Shown here piece after piece: positions 26,101 to 39,749 of a stretch of DNA of 64,000 nucleotides. A program made the translations under genes and the position numbers. Under the pieces are notes generated by a model. The model worked only from the letters and a program-made list of their open reading frames with translations. It ran no database searches and was not told the origin of the DNA. This DNA is from Eledone cirrhosa. Its lineage: Eukaryota. The stretch covers positions 219,790,001 through 219,854,000 of the forward strand of contig OZ024740.1 of the NCBI GenBank assembly GCA_964016885.1. Reading direction: 5' to 3'. How positions within the stretch are numbered: the stretch's first letter is position 1; the number at the start of each line of letters is the position of its first letter.

Positions 26101-29100
26101 AGTGTGTTGTGTATGTGAATGTGTCGTGTATGTGAGTGTGTTGTGTATGTGAGTGTGATGTGTATGTGAGTGTGTTGTGTATGTGAGTGTGTTGTGTATG
26201 TGAGTGTGTTGTGTATGTGCTGTGTATGTGAATGTGTTGTGTATGTGAATGTGTTGTGTATGTTAATGTGTTGTGTATGTGAGTGTGTTGTGTATGTGAA
26301 TGTATTGTGTATGTGAGTGTGTTGTGTATGTGAGTGTGTTGTGTATGTGAGTGTGTTGTGTATGTGAGTGTGTTGTGTATGTGAATGTGTTGTGTATGTG
26401 AATGTGTTGTGCATGTATATGTGCTGTGTATGTGAATGTGTTGTGTATGTGAATGTGTTGCGTATGTGAATGTGTTGTGTATGTGTATGTGAATGTGAAT
26501 GTGTTGTGTATGTGAGTGTGTTGTGTATGTGAGTGTGTTGTGTATGTTAGTGTGTTGTGTATGTGTTGTGTATGTGAGTGTGTTGTGAATGTGTTGTGTA
26601 TGTGAATCTGTTGTGTATGTGAATGTGTTGTATATGTGAATCTGTTGTGTATGTGAATGTGTTGTGTATGTGAGTGTGTTGTGTATGTGAGTGTGTTGTG
26701 TATGTGAGTGTGTTGTGTATGCGAATGTGTTGTGTAGGTGAATGTGTTGTGTATGTGAATGTGTTGTGTATGTGGGTGTGTTGTGTATGTGAATATGTTG
26801 TGAATGTGTTGTGTATGTGAGTGTGTTGTGAATGTGAGTGTGTTGTGAATGTGTTGTGTATGTGAATGTGTTGTGTATGTGAGTGTGTTGTGTATGTGAG
26901 TGTGTTGTGAATGTGTTGTGTATGTGAATGTGTTGTGTATGTGAGTGTGTTGTGTATGTGAGTGTGTTGTGTATGTGAGTGTGTTGTGTATGTGCTGTGT
27001 ATGTGAATGTGTTGTGTATGTGAATGTGTTGTGTATGTGAATGTGTTGTGAATGTGTTGTGTATGTGAATGTGTTGTGTATGTGACTGTGTTGTGTATGT
27101 GAATGTATTGTGTATGTGAGTGTGTTGTGTATGTGAGTGTGTTGTGTATGTGAGTGTGTTGTGTATGTGAGTGTTTTGTGTATGTGAGTGTGTTGTGTAT
27201 GTGAGTGTGTTGTGTATGTGAGTGTGTTGTGTATGTGAGTGTGTTGTGTATGTGAGTGTGTTGTGTATGTGAGTGTGTTGTGTATGTGAGTGTGTTGTGT
27301 ATGTGAGTGTGTTTCGTATGTGAGTGTGTTGTGTATGTGAGTGTGTTGTGTATGTGAGTGCGTTGTGTATGTGAGTGTGTTGTGTATGTTCTGTGTATGT
27401 GAATGTGTTGTGTATGTGAATGTGTTGTGTATGTGAGTGAGTTGTGTATGTGAATATGTTGTGAATGTGAATGTGTTGTGTATGTGAGTGTGTTGTGTAT
27501 GTGAGTGTGTTGTGTATGTGAATGTGTTGTGTATGTGAGTGTGTTGTGTATGTGAATGTATTGTGTATGTGAATGCGTTGGGAATGTGAGTGTGTTGTGT
27601 ATGTGAGTGTGTTGTGTATGTGAATGTGTTGTGTATGTGAATGTGTTGTGTATGTGAATGTGTTGTGTATGTGAGTGTGTTGTGTATGTGAATGTGTTGT
27701 GTATGTGAGTGTGTTGTGTATGTGAATGTGTTGTGAATGTGCTGTGTATGTGAATCTGTTGTGTATGTGAATGTGTTGTGTATGTTAATGTGTTGTGTAT
27801 GTGAATGTATTGTGTATGTGAATGTGTTGTGTATGTCAGTGTGTTGTGTATGTGAATGTGTTGTGTATGTGAATGTGTTGAGTATGTGAGTGTGTTGTGT
27901 ATGTGAGTGTATTGTGTATGTGAGTGTGTTGTGTAAGTGAATGTGTTGTGTATGTGAATGTGTTGAGTATGTGAGTGTGTTGTGTATGTGAGTGTATTGT
28001 GTATGTGAGTGTGTTGTGTAAGTGAATGTGTTGTGTATGTGAATGTGTTGTGTATGTGAATGTGTTGTGTATGTGAGTGTGTTGTGTATGTGAGTGTGTT
28101 GTGTATGTGAGTGTGTCGTGTATGTGAATCTGTTGTGTATGTGAGTGTGTTGTATATGTGAATGTGTTGTGTATGTGAATGTGTTGTGTATGTGAGTGTG
28201 TTGTGTATGTGAATGTGTTGTGTATGTGAATGTGTTGTGTAAGTGAATGTGTTGTGTATGTGAATGTGTTGTGTATGTGAATGTGTTGTGTATGTGAGTG
28301 TGTTGTGTATGTGAGTGTGTATGTGTATGTGAATGTGTTGTGTATGTGAATGTGTTGTGTATGTGGGTGTGTTGTGTATGTGAATATGTTGTGAATGTGT
28401 TGTGTATGTGAGTGTGTTGTGAATGTGAGTGTGTTGTGAATGTGTTGTGTATGTGAATGTGTTGTGTATGTGAGTGTGTTGTGTATGTGAGTGTGTTGTG
28501 AATGTGTTGTGTATGTGAATGTGTTGTGTATGTGAGTGTGTTGTGTATGTGAGTGTGTTGTGTATGTGAGTGTGTTGTGTATGTGCTGTGTATGTGAATG
28601 TGTTGTGTATGTGAATGTGTTGTGTATGTGAATGTGTTGTGAATGTGTTGTGTATGTGAATGTGTTGTGTATGTGACTGTGTTGTGTATGTGAATGTATT
28701 GTGTATGTGAGTGTGTTGTGTATGTGAGTGTGTTGTGTATGTGAGTGTGTTGTGTATGTGAGTGTTTTGTGTATGTGAGTGTGTTGTGTATGTGAGTGTG
28801 TTGTGTATGTGAGTGTGTTGTGTATGTGAGTGTGTTGTGTATGTGAGTGTGTTGTGTATGTGAGTGTGTTGTGTATGTGAGTGTGTTGTGTATGTGAGTG
28901 TGTTTCGTATGTGAGTGTGTTGTGTATGTGAGTGTGTTGTGTATGTGAGTGCGTTGTGTATGTGAGTGTGTTGTGTATGTTCTGTGTATGTGAATGTGTT
29001 GTGTATGTGAATGTGTTGTGTATGTGAGTGAGTTGTGTATGTGAATATGTTGTGAATGTGAATGTGTTGTGTATGTGAGTGTGTTGTGTATGTGAGTGTG

Positions 29101-32100
29101 TTGTGTATGTGAATGTGTTGTGTATGTGAGTGTGTTGTGTATGTGAATGTATTGTGTATGTGAATGCGTTGGGAATGTGAGTGTGTTGTGTATGTGAGTG
29201 TGTTGTGTATGTGAATGTGTTGTGTATGTGAATGTGTTGTGTATGTGAATGTGTTGTGTATGTGAGTGTGTTGTGTATGTGAATGTGTTGTGTATGTGAG
29301 TGTGTTGTGTATGTGAATGTGTTGTGAATGTGCTGTGTATGTGAATCTGTTGTGTATGTGAATGTGTTGTGTATGTTAATGTGTTGTGTATGTGAATGTA
29401 TTGTGTATGTGAATGTGTTGTGTATGTCAGTGTGTTGTGTATGTGAATGTGTTGTGTATGTGAATGTGTTGAGTATGTGAGTGTGTTGTGTATGTGAGTG
29501 TATTGTGTATGTGAGTGTGTTGTGTAAGTGAATGTGTTGTGTATGTGAATGTGTTGAGTATGTGAGTGTGTTGTGTATGTGAGTGTATTGTGTATGTGAG
29601 TGTGTTGTGTAAGTGAATGTGTTGTGTATGTGAATGTGTTGTGTATGTGAATGTGTTGTGTATGTGAGTGTGTTGTGTATGTGAGTGTGTTGTGTATGTG
29701 AGTGTGTCGTGTATGTGAATCTGTTGTGTATGTGAGTGTGTTGTATATGTGAATGTGTTGTGTATGTGAATGTGTTGTGTATGTGAGTGTGTTGTGTATG
29801 TGAATGTGTTGTGTATGTGAATGTGTTGTGTAAGTGAATGTGTTGTGTATGTGAATGTGTTGTGTATGTGAATGTGTTGTGTATGTGAGTGTGTTGTGTA
29901 TGTGAGTGTGTATGTGTATGTGAATGTGTTGTGTATGTGAGTGTGTTGTGTAAGTGAATGTGTTGTGTATGTGAATGTGTTGTGTATGTGAGTGTGTTGT
30001 GTATGTGAGTGTGTATGTGTATGTGAGTGTGTTGTGTATGTGAGTGTGTTGTGTATGTGAGTGTGTTGTGTATGTGAGTGTGTTGTGTATGTGAGTGTGT
30101 TGTGTATTTGAGTGTGTTGTATATGTGAATGTGTTGTGTATGTTAATGTGTTGTGTATGTGAGTGTGTTGTGTATGTGAATGTGTTGTGTATGTGAATGT
30201 GTTGTGTATGTGAATGTGTTGTGTATGTGAATGTGTTGTGTATGTGAGGGTGTTGTGTATGTGAGTGTGTTGTGTATGCGAATGTGTTGTGTATGTGAGT
30301 GTGTTGTGTATGTGAGTGTGTTGTGTATGTGAGTGTGTTGTGTATGTGAATGTGTTGTGTATGTGAATGTGTTGTGCATGTATATGTGCTGTGTATGTGA
30401 ATGTGTTGTGTATGTGAATGTGTTGCGTATGTGAATGTGTTGTGTATGTGTATGTGAATGTGAATGTGTTGTGTATGTGAGTGTGTTGTGTATGTGAGTG
30501 TGTTGTGTATGTTAGTGTGTTGTGTATGTGTTGTGTATGTGAGTGTGTTGTGAATGTGTTGTGTATGTGAATCTGTTGTGTATGTGAATGTGTTGTATAT
30601 GTGAATCTGTTGTGTATGTGAATGTGTTGTGTATGTGAGTGTGTTGTGTATGTGAGTGTGTTGTGTATGTGAGTGTGTTGTGTATGCGAATGTGTTGTGT
30701 ATGTGAATGTGTTGTGTATGTGAATGTGTTGTGTATGTGGGTGTGTTGTGTATGTGAATATGTTGTGAATGTGTTGTGTATGTGAGTGTGTTGTGAATGT
30801 GAGTGTGTTGTGAATGTGTTGTGTATGTGAATGTGTTGTGTATGTGAGTGTGTTGTGTATGTGAGTGTGTTGTGAATGTGTTGTGTATGTGAATGTGTTG
30901 TGTATGTGAGTGTGTTGTGTATGTGAGTGTGTTGTGTATGTGAGTGTGTTGTGTATGTGCTGTGTATGTGAATGTGTTGTGTATGTGAATGTGTTGTGTA
31001 TGTGAATGTGTTGTGAATGTGTTGTGTATGTGAATGTGTTGTGTATGTGACTGTGTTGTGTATGTGAATGTATTGTGTATGTGAGTGTGTTGTGTATGTG
31101 AGTGTGTTGTGTATGTGAGTGTGTTGTGTATGTGAGTGTTTTGTGTATGTGAGTGTGTTGTGTATGTGAGTGTGTTGTGTATGTGAGTGTGTTGTGTATG
31201 TGAGTGTGTTGTGTATGTGAGTGTGTTGTGTATGTGAGTGTGTTGTGTATGTGAGTGTGTTGTGTATGTGAGTGTGTTTCGTATGTGAGTGTGTTGTGTA
31301 TGTGAGTGTGTTGTGTATGTGAGTGTGTTGTGTATGTGAGTGTGTTGTGTATGTGCTGTGTATGTGAATGTGTTGTGTATGTGAATGTGTTGTGTATGTG
31401 AGTGAGTTGTGTATGTGAATATGTTGTGAATGTGAATGTGTTGTGTATGTGAGTGTGTTGTGTATGTGAGTGTGTTGTGTATGTGAATGTGTTGTGTATG
31501 TGAGTGTGTTGTGTATGTGAATGTATTGTGTATGTGAATGCGTTGTGAATGTGAGTGTGTTGTGTATGTGAGTGTGTTGTGTATGTGAATGTGTTGTGTA
31601 TGTGAATGTGTTGTGTATGTGAATGTGTTGTGTATGTGAGTGTGTTGTGTATGTGAATGTGTTGTGTATGTGAGTGTGTTGTGTATGTGTGTATGTGAGT
31701 GTGTTGTGTATGTGCTGTGTATGTGAATGTGTTGTGTATGTGAATGTGTTGTGTATGTTAATGTGTTGTGTATGTGAGTGTGTTGTGTATGTGAATGTAT
31801 TGTGTATGTGAGTGTGTTGTGTATGTGAGTGTGTTGTGTATGTGAGTGTGTTGTGTATGTGAGTGTGTTGTGTATGTGAGTGTGTTGTGTATGTGAGTGT
31901 GTTGTGTATGTGAGTGTGTTGTGTATGTGAGTGTGTTGTGTATGTGAGTGTGTTGTGTATGTGAGTGTGTTGTGTATGTGAGTGTGTTGTGTATGTGAGT
32001 GTGTTGTGTATGTGAGTGTGTTGTGTATGTGAGTGTGTTGTGTATGTGAGTGTGTTGTGTATGTGAGTGTGTTGTGTATGTGAATGTGTTGTGTATGTGA

Positions 32101-33530
32101 GTGTGTTGTGTATGTGAGTGTGTTGTGTATGTGAGTGTGTTGTGTATGTGAGTGTGTTGTGTACGTGAGTGTGTTGTGTATGTGAGTATGTTGTGTATGT
32201 GAGTGTGTTGTGTATGTGAGTGTGTTGTGTATGTGAGTGTGTTGTGTATGTGAGTGTGTTGTGTATGTGAGTGTGTTGTGTATGTGAGTGTGTTGTGTAT
32301 GTGAGTGTGTTGTGTATGTGAGTGTGTTGTGTATGTGAATGTGTTGTGTATGTGAATGTGTTGTGTATGTGAGTGTGTTGTGTATGTGAATGTGTTGTGT
32401 ATGTGAGTGTGTTGTGTATGTGAGTGTGTTGTGTATGTGAATGTGTTGTGTATGTGAATGCGTTGTGAATGTGAGTGTGTTGTGTATGTGAGTGTATTGT
32501 GTATGTGAATGTTTTGTGTATGTGAGTGTGTTGTGTATGTGAAGGTGCTGTGTATGTGAATGTTATCTGTATGTGAATGTGTTGTGTATGTGAATGTGTT
32601 GTGTATGTGAGTGTGTTGTGTATGTGAGTGTGTTGTGTATGTGAATGTGTTGTGTATGTGAGTGTGTTGTGTATGTGAATGTGTTGTGAATGTGTTGTGT
32701 ATGTGAATGTATTGTGTATGTGAGTGTGTTGTGTATGTGAGTGTATTGTGTATGTGAATGTGTTGTGTATGTGAGTGTGTTGTGTATGTGAATGTGTTGT
32801 GTATGTGAGTGTGTTGTGTATGTGAATGTATTGTGTATGTGAATGTGTTGTGTATGTGAGTGTGTTGTGTATGTGAGTGTGTTGTGTATGTGAATGTGTT
32901 GTGTATGTGAATGTGTTGTGTATGTGAGTGTGTTGTGTATGTGAATGTGTTGTGTATGTGAATGCGTTGTGAATGTGAGTGTGTTGTGTATGTGAGTGTA
33001 TTGTGTATGTGAATGTTTTGTGTATGTGAGTGTGTTGTGTATGTGAAGGTGCTGTGTATGTGAATGTTATGTGTATGTGTATGTGTTGTGTATGTGAATG
33101 TGTTGTGTATGTGAGTGTGTTGTGTATGTGAGTGTGTTGTGTATGTGAATGTGTTGTGTATGTGAGTGTGTTGTGTATGTGAATGTGTTGTGAATGTGTT
33201 GTGTATGTGAATGTATTGTGTATGTGAGTGTGTTGTGTATGTGAGTGTATTGTGTATGTGAATGTGTTGTGTATGTGAGTGTATTGTGTATGTGAATGTG
33301 TTGTGTATGTGAGTGTGTTGTGTATGTGAATGTGTTGTGAATGTATTGTGTATGTGAATGTGTTGTGTATGTGAGTGTGTTGTGTATGTGAGTGTGTTGT
33401 GTATGTGAATGTTTTGTGTATGTGAATGTGTTGTGTATGTGAGTGTGTTGTGTATGTGAGTGTGTTGTGTATGTGAGTGTGTTGTGTATGTGAGTGTGTT
33501 GTGTATATGAATGTCTTGTGTATGTGAGCG
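23175..33530. repeat. 10.3-kb 17-bp satellite (gtgttgtgtatgtgaRt)
   Basis: About 600 tandem units; two main variants, gaat and gagt. Confidence 0.97.
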
Positions 33531-33821
33531 TGTGTTCAGATAATATTTCGAAAATCTTCTGCAGTATTGTTATAAAGTATTATTTCATGAATTCATGTTC
33601 ACTCTTGTGTATATTTATATGTTTTAGCTGATAAAATCTCTGTTGCTATTATATTCCTCTACCTTTCTATTTCTTCTTCCTTTCTCATTCTATTTTCTGA
33701 TGAAAGACCAGCGTCTGAAACGTTAACACACTTTTGCAAATATATCAAGCATAAAACTAATATATTTTTTTATTGTACTGTATTGTATGCTTTGTTATTT
33801 CTGTTTACCTTTTGCATATAC

Positions 33822-33872
<51 letters not shown>

Positions 33873-34327
33873 TGTGTGTGTATTATATCATCATCATTTG
33901 CTACCCACTTTCCCTGCTAGCAAGGGTTGGACAGGTCTTCACAGACCATATCAGCACAGAATTGGGACAACTGTCTTCCCAGATAGGCTGGGAATTCACA
34001 TCTCATTTTCATATGCTTTCATGTTCTACCAAGGGCATTTATCGTGACACCAGCACTAGAGAGGTTGTCATATCTAGTGCTGATGCCATGACAACCTCAA
34101 TAGTGCTGGTATATATGTATATAAACTAATCTAAAAATACTAAAGAATCAATGCATTTTCAAACTGATATATGTTTCAGCCGACCTAAGCTTCATCCCGG
34201 GGTCATAGAACTGCAGTTCAAAAAACCTCAACATTTTTTATTTTAAAATTTCAAAATAAATTTCTTATATTTTTTAACTTTTTTTTATAGTTTTATAATT
34301 TAACCTTCAGGAGTTGGTTGAAGGTCA

Positions 34328-34383
<56 letters not shown>

Positions 34384-34385
<2 letters not shown>

Positions 34386-34727
34386 TCATCATCATCATTT
34401 CATTTTACGTCCGCTTTTTCCCTGCTTGCAAGGGTGGGACGGGAACTAATTCTGGCTTGATTTCTACAGCTGGATGCCCTTCCTAACACCAACCTCATTT
34501 ACAGTGAGTGCTGGGTGCTTTTTTTCCCGTGGCGCCTCCACGACCACTTTGCAGTGGAATGATAGGGACCCCAGTCCCTATCATCTCATTTCTACAGCTG
34601 AGTAAACTGGAGCAATGTGAAATAAAGTGTCTTGCTCAAGGAAACAACACATCACCCGGTCTGAGAATTGAACTCACAACCTTTTGATTGCAAGGCCAAT
34701 GCTCTAACCACTAAGCCATGTGCCTCC
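34384..34727 (-). mobile_element. tRNA-derived SINE family A with an RTE-type 3' tail
   Basis: A-box ggcttagtggttaga and B-box gagttcaattc; tail shared with the RTE 3' UTR. Confidence 0.88.
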
Positions 34728-35429
34728 ATATATATATATATATATATCATCATCATCATCACTACTGTTTGATGTTACTGTTCTATGCTGACATGGGTTG
34801 GATATATTGTCACATTCTGGGATTTGACCAGTCAGAGGCCCATGTCTTGCTCATTCATTCCAGTTTGGCTTAGTTTCTATGGCTAGATGTCCTTCCTAAA
34901 GCCAACCACTTCATAGTGTATGTTGGCAGTGTTTAACTGTGGCTATATGATTGTGTGTCTCTAAAGCACTCAATATCGATGTTCATGTGAAGCAAGGGTT
35001 TTAAGTTAAATCTCTCTCTCTCTCTCTCTGTCAGTTATATGTATGTGGTGTATATATATATATATATATATATGTGTGTCTGTGTGTGAATGTATGTATG
35101 TTTCAGTAATGATGGTTGTGCCAATGAGTACTCAATACCATAGTAGAGATTAATATAATCTTTAGTAAGGCAAAACTTTAGCCTTGCTTACATTTACTAA
35201 GGAATTTCTCTTGTGAATACAGAGGAGAAAATGCCAGGGGAGCAAGACTTAAACTTTATATATAAATATAAATATATATAAATATAAATATATGTTAAGA
35301 AACAGTGAGTGGGTTTGAAATTATTAGAAATGTAAGCTATCGCCGTATTTTCACTAAAGAAATTAAAGAAATTATTTAGCCTGATAGTGGGGTTAAGAAC
35401 CCTCGGAGAAATGGAAAAAGATGAGTATT

Positions 35430-35770
35430 GGAGGCACATGGCTTAGTGGTTAGAGCATTGGCCTTGTAATCGAAAGGTTGTGAGTTCAATTCTCAGACCG
35501 GGTGATGTGTTGTTTCCTTGAGCAAGACACTTTATTTCACATTGCTCCAGTTTACTCAGCTGTAGAAATGAGATGATAGGGACTAGGGTCCCTATCATTC
35601 CACTGCAAAGTGGTCGTGAAGGTGCCACGGCAAAAAAGCACCCAGCACTCACTGTAAATGAGGTTGGTGTTAGGAAGGGCATCCAGCTGTAGAAATCAAG
35701 CCAGAATCAGTTCCTGTCCCACCCTTGCAAGCAGGGAAAAAGCGGACGTAAAATGAAATGAAATGAAATG
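35430..35770 (+). mobile_element. tRNA-derived SINE family A with an RTE-type 3' tail
   Basis: Near-identical inverted copy of 34384-34727. Confidence 0.88.
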
Positions 35771-35815
35771 AATTGACCTAATAATTATAAATATATATAT
35801 AAATACTGTATATAT

Positions 35816-35990
35816 ATATAGAAATGGCTTCTACAGGACTAGAACTGTTTCATTCAAAGGAGATTTCCTGAAATTTGAATGAAACAGTTCTAGTTCTGTA
35901 TAAGCCATTTCTATATTAAATATTTATACTCTGCTATATATTGAGTACCTTACTTACTGTGGTTACCCCCTGATTGAACCCAGGATACAT
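35816..35990 (+). mobile_element. Fold-back mini-element family C
   Basis: Inverted arms within 35816-35916; homologous to 18553-18750. Confidence 0.72.
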
Positions 35991-35998
35991 ATATATAT

Positions 35999-36250
35999 AT
36001 GTAATCTGAATTTTTTGAATATTAATAATAACATTCGATTTGTTTGAAATTATGCAAACAAACCTCAATTTTATAGCCATGCCAGCATGCCAGCATAAGA
36101 GCAAGAATGAAGTGTTCATTCTACTGACATGGCTATAAAATTGAGGCTTGTTTGCATAATTGCAAACGAATCGAATGTTATTATTAATATTCGGAAAACT
36201 CAGATTACATTTATTGTATTCAGCCATGTAGAGCGAAGTTTTCTTTTTTA
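35999..36250. mobile_element. Fold-back element with about 90-bp inverted arms plus tail, unclassified
   Basis: atgtaatctga...gccatg / catggc...tcagattacat; flanked by TA runs. Confidence 0.65.
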
Positions 36251-37136
36251 TATATATATATCATCATCATCATCATCTTTGTTTAACGTCCATCTTCCAC
36301 GCTAGCATGGGTTAGACGGGAGTTGTCCCACTTGAGGCAAGGTTGGTCGGGTAACCGTGTCTCGCTCATATAGGACTATCTGGCAGGTTTTCTACGGCTG
36401 GATGTATATGTGTATAACAAAGGAGGTGTGGTAAGGAACCAGATGGACCATAACGCATCAGAGAACTCAATACTTAGGGTAGTAGAGTGGGTATGGGGTT
36501 AAACATTTTCCTATATATGTATATATAGATCAAGGAAACAAAAAACGAAACAAACAAGAGAATGCAATAACATAAAGTCATGTTAGTTTCACGCTTAGAG
36601 GAAGAAGAGTGAGTTAACTAGGAAAAACACAAAAGATATATATATATATAAGGCCCGCCTTGCATAAGTACAAAGCGAAACCTAACAAAATACACCCACG
36701 TCCCACTAACCCCACCCCATCCATATCACCCCCTTAAATGTAAAGTTATGTTGGTACCACAACATCCAGCCCAAAACAAATGAGGTCGTGTAGGTGTCAC
36801 GACAAAAAAACACACAGTCCACGCTGTAATGTGGCCGTGTAGGTAACACGGTAAAAACCTCCCAGTCCACACTGTAAACGTGGTTGGTGTTAGGAGGGGC
36901 ATCCAGCCGTAGAAAACCTGCCAGACAGTCCTATACGAGCAGGACAACAAATCTTGCCTCAAGTGGGAAAACTCCCGTCCAAACCCATGCAAGCGTGGAA
37001 GATAGACGTTAAACGATGATGATGATGATGATTTATACATTCAAGTAATTTGAATTTGGTGCAAATACATATATACCACCATCATTCTTAGGACCATATA
37101 TGTATGTGTGTGTGCTCATATGTGTGTATATATATA

Positions 37137-37171
<35 letters not shown>

Positions 37172-37180
37172 GCATGTGTG

Positions 37181-37227
<47 letters not shown>

Positions 37228-37236
37228 GTGTGTGTG

Positions 37237-37268
<32 letters not shown>

Positions 37269-37290
37269 AGTGTACATATATATATATATA

Positions 37291-38157
37291 CAGGGTGCGG
37301 ACGATATCTGTTCGCAAGATTACTGTCTAGGAAAAAATAACACAGTAGTTTTATTTTTTAAGATATATTTATCAAACTTGGGTCAGTTTGTCTTCATGAC
37401 TTGTTCCTTTGATCTCACTCGATAAACCCGCCATTCGCTTTGATGACGGCCTCGGAACCGGCTACAGGCCTTCGTCATTGTCTCCCGGCTTAGGCACTTG
37501 CGATCCTGGCCTTCAGATCGTCTTTCATATTGGAGCTAGATCTGTTGGTGTCTCATTCCACTGTGCCCCACACAAAGTTGGCTGGGTTGCCGTCAGGCGA
37601 GCTGGGAGGCCAGATGTCAGGTGAAGTGTGGTCGACGAAGTTCTCTGACAGCCAGGCTTGGGTCTTTCGGCTGGTATGGCAGGGCACTGAGTCTTGCTGT
37701 CACACGTACGGCCTACCTGCAGCTACCTGGTCGATCCAGGGCTTTACTACCTCGCTCAGAACGCGGATGTAGCCATCGGTGTTCAGCTTGAGGCCCTCAG
37801 GGAAGAAGTGAGGTGGGATGACGTCACCTTGACTGCTGATGACACCTAAGACCAATGTTGTCGCTGGAAACTTTGTCTGCATGACTCTGGGCATGTCTTT
37901 GGATGAGACAGTGAGCCACCTGTTGTTCTGGGAGTTGATCTTCTGGTCTTATTTGTCCTCCTGGCGCGGATTCCAAGAAGAACTCTGTGTCTCCTCCACA
38001 AATTTGGAGGTTCAAAATTATTCATAATCAATTATTCTGAAAATAAATAATGGAAATATAGTCACTATTTTTGTGAAGACAAGAGCGACAACGGAAGTAA
38101 AAAAATTTGCATAAAATTAGCAGTTGAAAATTGCGAACAAATATCGTCCACAACCTG
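37291..38157 (-). mobile_element. Internally deleted Tc1/mariner DNA transposon (maT/DD37D-like) with transposase pseudogene
   Basis: 27-bp TIRs cagggtgcggacgatatctgttcgcaa / ttgcgaacaaatatcgtccacaacctg with TA flanks; peptide TKFPATTLVLGVISSQGDVIPPHFF...YV*QQDSVPCH...WPPSSPD. Confidence 0.88.
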
Positions 38158-38506
38158 TATATATATATGTGTGTGTGTGTGTGTGTATGAATATATATAT
38201 ATGTGTACATAAATATGTATGTGTATATATATATGTATGTGTGTATATATATATGTGTGTATATATATATATATGTGTATGTGTGTATGTACTTATATAT
38301 ATGTGTGTGTATATATATATATATGAATGTGTATATATATGTATGTGTGTATGTATGTATATATATATATTTGTCCCACCCTTGCAAGCAGGGAAAAGTG
38401 GACGTAAAATGATGATGATGTATGTGTATGCATATGTGTATATATATGTATATGTGTTTATATATATGTATGTATGTGTATATATATATATAAATGAAAG
38501 GTACAG

Positions 38507-38565
<59 letters not shown>

Positions 38566-38570
<5 letters not shown>

Positions 38571-38731
38571 AACAAGTAGGACCCCGACGGCTGAGCTCAA
38601 GCCGTTTCGACGGCTAATTCTGGACTCAGCCGTCGGGGTCCTACTCGTTCCTATTACCCACTCTACTACCCTAAGTATTGAGTACTTTGGTGCGTTATGG
38701 TCCACCTGCTTCCTTACCACATTTCCTTCGC
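38566..38731 (+). mobile_element. Fold-back mini-element family B
   Basis: Inverted arms within 38566-38654; same tail as 18784. Confidence 0.7.
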
Positions 38732-38942
38732 TATATATATATATATGTATATATGTGTGTGTGTATTGAAGTAGTTTTTATTTAAATTTCGTATGACAAG
38801 CTGCAGATCAATAAAGCAGACAGGATAATGTCTGCTGTTGATTGTTGGTTGTGTGGTATAAAGCTGGCAACTATGTCGGCATTGAGGCTGCAGTTGTGAA
38901 TGGAGACAGACAACTCTCCGTAAAACTGATACAAGTGTTGTG

Positions 38943-39573
38943 CTGGTGGTGTGGTGGTGGTGGGGGGGGGGGGGGGCATTTGTGGTGGTGGTGGTGCAGT
39001 TGGGGGTTGTGGAGGTGGTGCTGGTGCTGGTGCAGTTGGTGGTTGTGGAGGTGGTGGTGGTGGTGGTGCAGTTGGTCGTTGTGGAGGTGGTGGTTGTGGA
39101 GGTGGTGGAGGTGGTGGTGGTGGTGGTGCAGTTGGTGGTTGTGGAGGTGGTGGTGGTGCAGTTGGTGGTTGTGGAGGTGGTGGAGGTGGTGGTGGTGGTG
39201 GTGGTGGTGGAGGTGGTGGTGGTGGTGGTAGTGGTGGAGGTGGTGGTGGTGCAGTTGGTGGTCGTGGAAGTGGTGGTGGCAGTGGTGCAGTTGGTGTTTG
39301 TGGTGATGGTGATGGGGTGGGGGGGGGGGGTATTGGGGGTGATGGGGCGGTGGGTATTAGTGGTGATTGGGGGGGGTAATCGGTGGTGGTGGTGGTGGTG
39401 GTGGTGTCGGCGTTGATGGGGGGAGGGGGGGTATGACAGTGGTAGTGGTGGTTGTGTTGGTGGTTGTGGTAGTGGCAGTGAATAAGGTTGTGGTAGTGGT
39501 GGTGGTGGTGGTGGTGGTGGAAGGAAGGGAAGTGTGGTTGGTGGTGAGGAAGGGTGGTGGTGGTGGTGGTGGA
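38943..39573. repeat. Degenerate (GGT)n tract
   Basis: Direct reading of the sequence. Confidence 0.92.
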
Positions 39574-39711
39574 GACTAAGTTTCCCCTGAAATTCCAGTA
39601 CATTCTTCTTCCCAAAGTCTCTCTCTGCTCAACTGCAACACAGGAGTTGAGGATAAGGAAATGGGATTTACTGACTAAATGTGGTTGTTAAGAGAATCTT
39701 AAGCCATTATT

Positions 39712-39712
39712 A

Positions 39713-39749
<37 letters not shown>

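Noticed and set aside
23175-33530. A/G variant order as an information code, or as a telomeric array
   Set aside because: The pattern is explained by slippage and block duplication; there is no TTAGGG, and unique sequence lies on both sides
34160-34200. Possible hammerheads at about 34160-34200 (-), 42915-42955 (+), 58450-58490 (-) and 61700-61745 (+)
   Set aside because: CUGANGA box mutated or truncated and helix I not supported; at most dead remnants
35430-35510. tRNA gene
   Set aside because: A/B boxes continue directly into a multi-copy SINE body; no complete cloverleaf acceptor stem
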